From NCBI GenBank assembly GCA_051003195.1, contig JBPCLP010000020.1, positions 1 to 64,000 of the forward strand: a DNA stretch of 64,000 bases, read 5' to 3'. Source of the DNA: Candidatus Sumerlaeaceae bacterium. Its GTDB lineage: Bacteria > Sumerlaeota > Sumerlaeia > Sumerlaeales > Sumerlaeaceae. Made by a program: the position numbers and the translations under genes. Under the pieces are notes generated by a model. It had not been told where the DNA came from, searched no databases, and saw only the letters and a list, made by a program, of their open reading frames with translations. Positions 59,430 through 64,000 of this stretch are shown piece by piece; within the stretch, counting starts at the first letter, position 1; every line of letters starts with the position of its first letter.

Positions 59430-60653
59430 TTATTCGTAGCGCAGGGCGTCGATAGGGTGGAGGCGTGCGGCTCGAAGCGCGGGGTACCACCCCGATGTGA
59501 TGCCAACCAGCACAGAAGTGAAAAACGCGAGGAGCAGTGGTGCGAGTTGAATGGGCGCGCCGAACGCCTCTCCATTGACATGCTGCGTGATCTGGTTGAA
59601 CAAAACGACAGCACCCACCCCAACCGCGATTCCGACGACTCCACCCAGTGTGCTGAGTGTGAGCGCTTCGAGCAGGAACTGCCCGAGCAGGTCCCTGTCA
59701 CGTGCGCCCAATGCTTTGCGGACTCCGATTTCCCGTGTGCGCTCCGTCACCGTCACGAGCATAATGTTCATAATGTTGACGCCGCCAACGAGCAGCGAAA
59801 TGCCGGCGACACCGGAAAGCAGCAGGGTAAATACGCGGCTGACGTCGTTCAGCGAATCCACGGCAGCCTGGAGGTTGCGAACGGTAAAGTCATCCTCGGC
59901 ACCAGGCTGAATTCGGTGGCGCTTGCGGAGCACGGCCTCGACGGATGCCTGCGCCTGGGCCATGTCCACGCCGTCGCGAACTTTGCAGTAAATCTGATCG
60001 AGGTGGTCCTGGCCGAGTACCTGGTGCATCGCAGTTGTGTAAGGTATCCAGATGTTGTCATCGGAGTATTCGTCCTTCGGTTTGGCGACACCCACGACAG
60101 TGAAGTTGATGCCTTTGACTTTTATGGTTTCGCCGACAGCGAGGTCGAGATCGGCCCCGAAAAGGTCCGTCGCCGGTTTGTTGCCCAGCACGGCGACACG
60201 GGAAGCGCGTTCGACGTCTGCATCTGTGAAGATGCGCCCGTGAGCGATGGGAAAACTTCGAATATCGAAATAGGTGGGAGCCTCCCCGTTGACCTCGGTT
60301 TTGCAATTCTTGTTCATGTATTTGACCTGCGCGTCACCGTCGAGATCCGGGGTGACTGCAACGACTTCCGGCACTTGCGCAAGAATGGCTTCGGCGTCTT
60401 CGGGGATGAGGTTTTGCTGCATGCCCGTGCGTACGCCGCTGCTGCCGCCACGCTGGGCAGCCCGCACCGATAGAAGATTGGCGCCGAAGGAGCGTACCTG
60501 GGCAGTGATTTTCTCACGGGTTCCTGCGCCCAATGCCAGCATTGCAATAACCGACGCGACACCGATGATAATGCCCAGAGTGGTGAGCAGCGCGCGAAGC
60601 TTGTGCGCGCGCAGCGCCCGAAATGCAACCCGAAGCAACGTTGTGAACAGCAC
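59430..60653 (-). CDS. MacB/FtsX-type ABC transporter permease
   Basis: RALLTTLGIIIGVASVI, GGVNIMNIMLVTVTERTREIGVRKALGA, PIDALRYE. Confidence 0.93.
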   Translation of the reverse strand: MLFTTLLRVAFRALRAHKLRALLTTLGIIIGVASVIAMLALGAGTREKITAQVRSFGANLLSVRAAQRGGSSGVRTGMQQNLIPEDAEAILAQVPEVVAVTPDLDGDAQVKYMNKNCKTEVNGEAPTYFDIRSFPIAHGRIFTDADVERASRVAVLGNKPATDLFGADLDLAVGETIKVKGINFTVVGVAKPKDEYSDDNIWIPYTTAMHQVLGQDHLDQIYCKVRDGVDMAQAQASVEAVLRKRHRIQPGAEDDFTVRNLQAAVDSLNDVSRVFTLLLSGVAGISLLVGGVNIMNIMLVTVTERTREIGVRKALGARDRDLLGQFLLEALTLSTLGGVVGIAVGVGAVVLFNQITQHVNGEAFGAPIQLAPLLLAFFTSVLVGITSGWYPALRAARLHPIDALRYE

Positions 60654-60690
60654 GTGGACTAATACAGCTTCAGGCGATCAGGTGTTTGCT

Positions 60691-61329
60691 TCATGCTTCA
60701 TTTTTAATCTCGGTGAACAGCAATGTGGCAATGGATTTGAGCAGTTCGTCGCGACCATTGCGCTCAGTCGTGCTGTAAAGTTGGATGGCGAAAGGCTGAA
60801 ACGGCTTCAGCTCCTTTGAGATTCGCTGCAGCGCCTCCGCCTGGTGCGACCGCACCAGTTTGTCGGCTTTGGTGAGCACCGCGATGAACGGAATGCGATA
60901 GTGTTTCAGCCAGCGCAGCAGCGCAATATCTTCGTCGCTCAACTCGCGCCTGATATCGAACAGCGCGCAAATGGCACGCAGCTCCTTGTTACCTTCGAGG
61001 TACCCGCGAATCATTTCGTCCCATGTTGCTTTTACACTTCGGGGAGCTTTGGCAAAACCGTAGCCGGGCAGGTCGACAAAACGTATCGTGTCGTTTACCA
61101 CGAAGAAGTTTACGAGCTGCGTGCGCCCGGGAGTGTTTGAGACTTTTGCAATGCGCTTGCGGTTAACGAGCGAATTGAGCAGCGACGATTTGCCGACATT
61201 GGACCGTCCGACAAATGCAATTTCCGGCATAAGGGAAACTTTTGGAAAATGCTGCGGACGCGTGCCGCTCTTTTCGAATTGGACGCTTCGGATTTCCAGC
61301 GCCGCTATTGCGTCCTCGTGCCCAGGCAT
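60691..61329 (-). CDS. engB: Ribosome biogenesis GTP-binding protein YihA/YsxC
   Basis: GRSNVGKSS, PGRTQ, DLPGYG, TKADK. Confidence 0.96.
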   Translation of the reverse strand: MPGHEDAIAALEIRSVQFEKSGTRPQHFPKVSLMPEIAFVGRSNVGKSSLLNSLVNRKRIAKVSNTPGRTQLVNFFVVNDTIRFVDLPGYGFAKAPRSVKATWDEMIRGYLEGNKELRAICALFDIRRELSDEDIALLRWLKHYRIPFIAVLTKADKLVRSHQAEALQRISKELKPFQPFAIQLYSTTERNGRDELLKSIATLLFTEIKNEA

Positions 61330-61335
61330 TCTCTG

Positions 61336-61944
61336 TCAGCTCGTTCGGGTGATTGCCGTATTTGCGATGAGCGGACTACTGACATCGATGTGACCGTGCA
61401 AGGTTGGCACTTTTTCCCCATCGATCAGAATCTGCACAGCGTCGATACTTTCGAGATTAAACAGGATACTGTTTACGATGGAATAGACGGCGAGCAGCTC
61501 GGCGTCCACTCCGCCGCGCAGGTTCGTCATCACTTCACGCGAGAGATTCACGATTGCCAGGTTGTCCTTGATGAAAACCGTGACGACCTTTGTGCCGGAG
61601 GGAACCGGCGTCTTCAACCCGGCGGCGTCCTTGCCCTCGATCAGGCTCTCGACGATCTTGCGAGCTTTGTCGGCCGGACTCATGCCGAGGTCGCCCGCGG
61701 TTGCTACGGTGCTGACAAGCTGCTTTCCGTCCTTTGTGTAGTAGAGCATCACCTGGTTCGGGCCAAGCCGATCTGCCCCCTTTTTGAAGAGCGAAGTCAG
61801 CGGATTCGTGCCGGCGGTCGCAGCCCCGGACTGGAAGTAGTAGTAGATGCCCGTAAGCCCGAGTACAATAACAACGAGCGCAATGGTGATAACGGTGAAG
61901 GCGAAACGGCCGAAGGTCGGGTCGCGCGGTACGTTTGGATCCAT
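61336..61944 (-). CDS. GerMN domain membrane-anchored protein
   Basis: N-terminal TM; LIEG, VPSGTKV, VNLS, ELLAVYSIVNS, VQILIDG. Confidence 0.85.
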   Translation of the reverse strand: MDPNVPRDPTFGRFAFTVITIALVVIVLGLTGIYYYFQSGAATAGTNPLTSLFKKGADRLGPNQVMLYYTKDGKQLVSTVATAGDLGMSPADKARKIVESLIEGKDAAGLKTPVPSGTKVVTVFIKDNLAIVNLSREVMTNLRGGVDAELLAVYSIVNSILFNLESIDAVQILIDGEKVPTLHGHIDVSSPLIANTAITRTS

Positions 61945-63630
61945 TTAACGGATCGCTGCCGGCTGGCGCAGATGCGAGGCGTAATCGGTAATTCCATCGA
62001 CGATCGCGCCGGCAACGCGATCCTGGCTCTGCGAATCGCTCAGCCGTTTTGCATCTGCCGGGTTCGTAAGGTAGCCAACCACCACCGCAGCCGAGGCCAT
62101 GGGTGCGCGCTTTCCAAGGTATAACGGCGCAGGATTGATACCGACCGGATCGCGATCGACAGCCTTGTTCATCGTGTTGAGCAGTGCCGATCCGAGGATT
62201 TTATTCTGTGCCTGGAAACTGCGGTAGTTCAAGTCCAGCGGCACCGTATCGCCGCCCTCCACGGTACCGGCTTTCACTGCCGTGTAATCGACGCTGTCTG
62301 TCACATATAAAATGCGGTAGCCGCCCATATCTGTAAATTCAGCATTCTGGCCGACGGTGATGATGATGAGCACCTGGGCGCCGGAGTTGTTGATCACCTC
62401 GAGCTTCTTGCCAAGCGGCACGCGCTCGGCGCCGCTACGGGTAAGCACCGAATCAATTCCCTTGGCCTGGAGCTGTGTCTTCAATCGCTGCGCAATCTCG
62501 AGGCATATCGCCGCACCCTGTTTTCCGAACTGCGAAATTCCGTCAAAATCGCTGTCGTCGGGGTGAATGACGACTTTGTGGATCTGCGGATTTGCTGCAA
62601 GGCTTTCCAGCTCGGCCTTACGCCGTGTCGGAATATTGTAGCGACTCATGTCGGCTTTGTCGCGCAGCGCAAGCTGCACTGGATCGACGGCATTTAGGGG
62701 CGCGACAGCCGGAGACTTGGGTGTGGGTGTTGCCCGGCTGCTCTTTGGAGTTCGCTTCGAACGAGCGGAAGGAGTTACCATCTCGATCACGGGTGTCGGC
62801 GTTGCGGTTGGAACTGGAGTCGGGCTCGGTTTAGGCGTCGCTGTCGCTGTTGGGAATGGCGTTGCGGTAAGGACGGGCGCAGGCGGGGCAGTAGGAATTG
62901 GCGTTGGCGCCGTCTCGGGAGTGGCCTGCAGGATTTCGGCGGGTGCTGCCGGAGTCGGAGTTGTGAGGAGTGTCGCAGGAGTCGCTGCAGCCATCAGCCG
63001 GGGCGTTGGCGTCGCGCCGGCAACTGCGGTCGCGTCGGGTTCCTCGGGAAGCACGGTTGCTACGGGCGCTGCGGTAGGCAGAGGAGTCGCTGGCGGAGTC
63101 GGCGTCGCAGCTGCCACCGTAGTCGTGGTGGGTGAGGGGCTCACCGCCGTCGCCTTTCGTTCCAGTTCCTGTCCGATGCGATCAACGACCGACTGCGGCA
63201 CGTAGATATCTCCGCTGCGAATCCGAATGGACTGGCCGGTTTTTTCACCCACTCCATTAACTACCATTTCGCGACCCTGGAAGAGCGCAAATTTCTGACC
63301 GCTGGCTTCGATCCGAAGCGTGCGGCCATCCCAATCCACTTTCGCCGACGGATCAATCTTCCGGAGCTGCTGGGCAAGGGCACCGGCAAATACGTAGTCG
63401 CTCGAACCGGGGCCAGAGTCCGCATCCGGGGCGGGCACTGTCTGGCGGACGGGCTCGGGAGTGGCCGCAGGAACGGGAGTTTCTGCAGGACGTGACCAAG
63501 GTGCCCTGAACTGCACCAGTTCAGTTGCGGGTCTCCGTAGTTCCACGCCTGGCGTCTGTGCCGAGGCCAAAGCCGGTATAAAAAGTATCAGGCCGAGGAA
63601 ACCAGCTTTAGCGCCTGCGTTGTGTCGCAT
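61945..63630 (-). CDS. Secreted Pro/Thr-rich protein with a degenerate N-acetylmuramoyl-L-alanine amidase (Amidase_3) domain
   Basis: Signal peptide; long TP/AP linker; amidase-like IAQRLKTQLQAKGIDSVLTR, APLYL, GYLTNPADAKRL, VAGAIVDGI; start uncertain. Confidence 0.75.
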   Translation of the reverse strand: MRHNAGAKAGFLGLILFIPALASAQTPGVELRRPATELVQFRAPWSRPAETPVPAATPEPVRQTVPAPDADSGPGSSDYVFAGALAQQLRKIDPSAKVDWDGRTLRIEASGQKFALFQGREMVVNGVGEKTGQSIRIRSGDIYVPQSVVDRIGQELERKATAVSPSPTTTTVAAATPTPPATPLPTAAPVATVLPEEPDATAVAGATPTPRLMAAATPATLLTTPTPAAPAEILQATPETAPTPIPTAPPAPVLTATPFPTATATPKPSPTPVPTATPTPVIEMVTPSARSKRTPKSSRATPTPKSPAVAPLNAVDPVQLALRDKADMSRYNIPTRRKAELESLAANPQIHKVVIHPDDSDFDGISQFGKQGAAICLEIAQRLKTQLQAKGIDSVLTRSGAERVPLGKKLEVINNSGAQVLIIITVGQNAEFTDMGGYRILYVTDSVDYTAVKAGTVEGGDTVPLDLNYRSFQAQNKILGSALLNTMNKAVDRDPVGINPAPLYLGKRAPMASAAVVVGYLTNPADAKRLSDSQSQDRVAGAIVDGITDYASHLRQPAAIR

Positions 63631-64000
63631 GCAGTGGGCAAATTTATGAGCTGCCTGTGTGGGTATGGCGTGCAAGAGCTCCGTATCCTGTACTGTCGTG
63701 CGGTTTCGGTGGGCGTTTTCCGTACACAACAGGCGCCCAGGCACGATCTCGCGTGACAATCAGCAGGAATCGCGCCGCAGCGGGGTTGGGTGGTCAATAG
63801 CGGAATTGCGGATCTGTGCCGGGCCAGGAATGAATTGTTCACGAGTTTTCGAAGCTCAATTTGAGCTTTTGCTTTATGTTGCTGAATACGCGCAATGCTA
63901 ATCAATAGTTAACCAAGGTTAATCAATGGCCACCAATTCCCATAATGTAGCAGCCGCTATCAGAAATCTGCAGCGGCTATCGGACCTCTTTTGCGAGCGG

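Noticed and set aside
59430..60653. MacB-type permease with no adjacent ATPase or adaptor gene
   Set aside because: Scattered ABC components are common and the partners are probably elsewhere in the genome; not distinctive.
62700..63140. Repetitive GGCGT/GGAGT-rich DNA
   Set aside because: Explained by the Pro/Thr/Ala linker codons of the amidase-like CDS.
63909..63922. Palindrome TTAACC-AA-GGTTAA in AT-rich DNA at the window end
   Set aside because: It may be an operator, but it is a single short instance with its context cut off, so it cannot be supported.

Overview
A 64-kb, GC-rich, gene-dense bacterial chromosomal window with about 50 credible CDS. Most other ORFs in the track are shadow frames. 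I found no rRNA, tRNA, CRISPR array or prophage. It contains: (1) housekeeping genes (dprA, cysE, rplU-rpmA, tig, engB/ysxC, pilT-pilU, a DsbD/CcdA-thioredoxin fusion, a short GGQ release-factor homologue); (2) many envelope-glycosylation genes (four GT-C-type membrane proteins including a DUF2298/YYY protein, a CapD/PglF-type dehydratase, GT4, and wzm and wzt lying 23 kb apart); (3) a glycan-degradation cluster (GH20, GH38, GH78, Tat-exported Gfo/Idh/MocA oxidoreductase, lactonase); (4) a REP-associated tyrosine transposase (RAYT) between inverted REP arrays; and (5) a second, unrelated palindromic repeat family. The most interesting signals are these. Two unrelated secreted proteins end in the same V-x-[DE]-W-x-x-Y C-terminal motif, a candidate protein-sorting signal, and one has a sigma-54 promoter upstream. 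The REP arrays have an exact 33-bp period and read in frame into both the RAYT and the neighbouring ABC ATPase. Three proteins look like pseudo-enzymes: an MshEN/PilB-like protein without Walker motifs, an Amidase_3 without Zn ligands, and a GT2 without DxD. From recollection only, the C-terminal motifs suggest a Candidatus Sumerlaeota (BRC1)-like organism; this is not verified.
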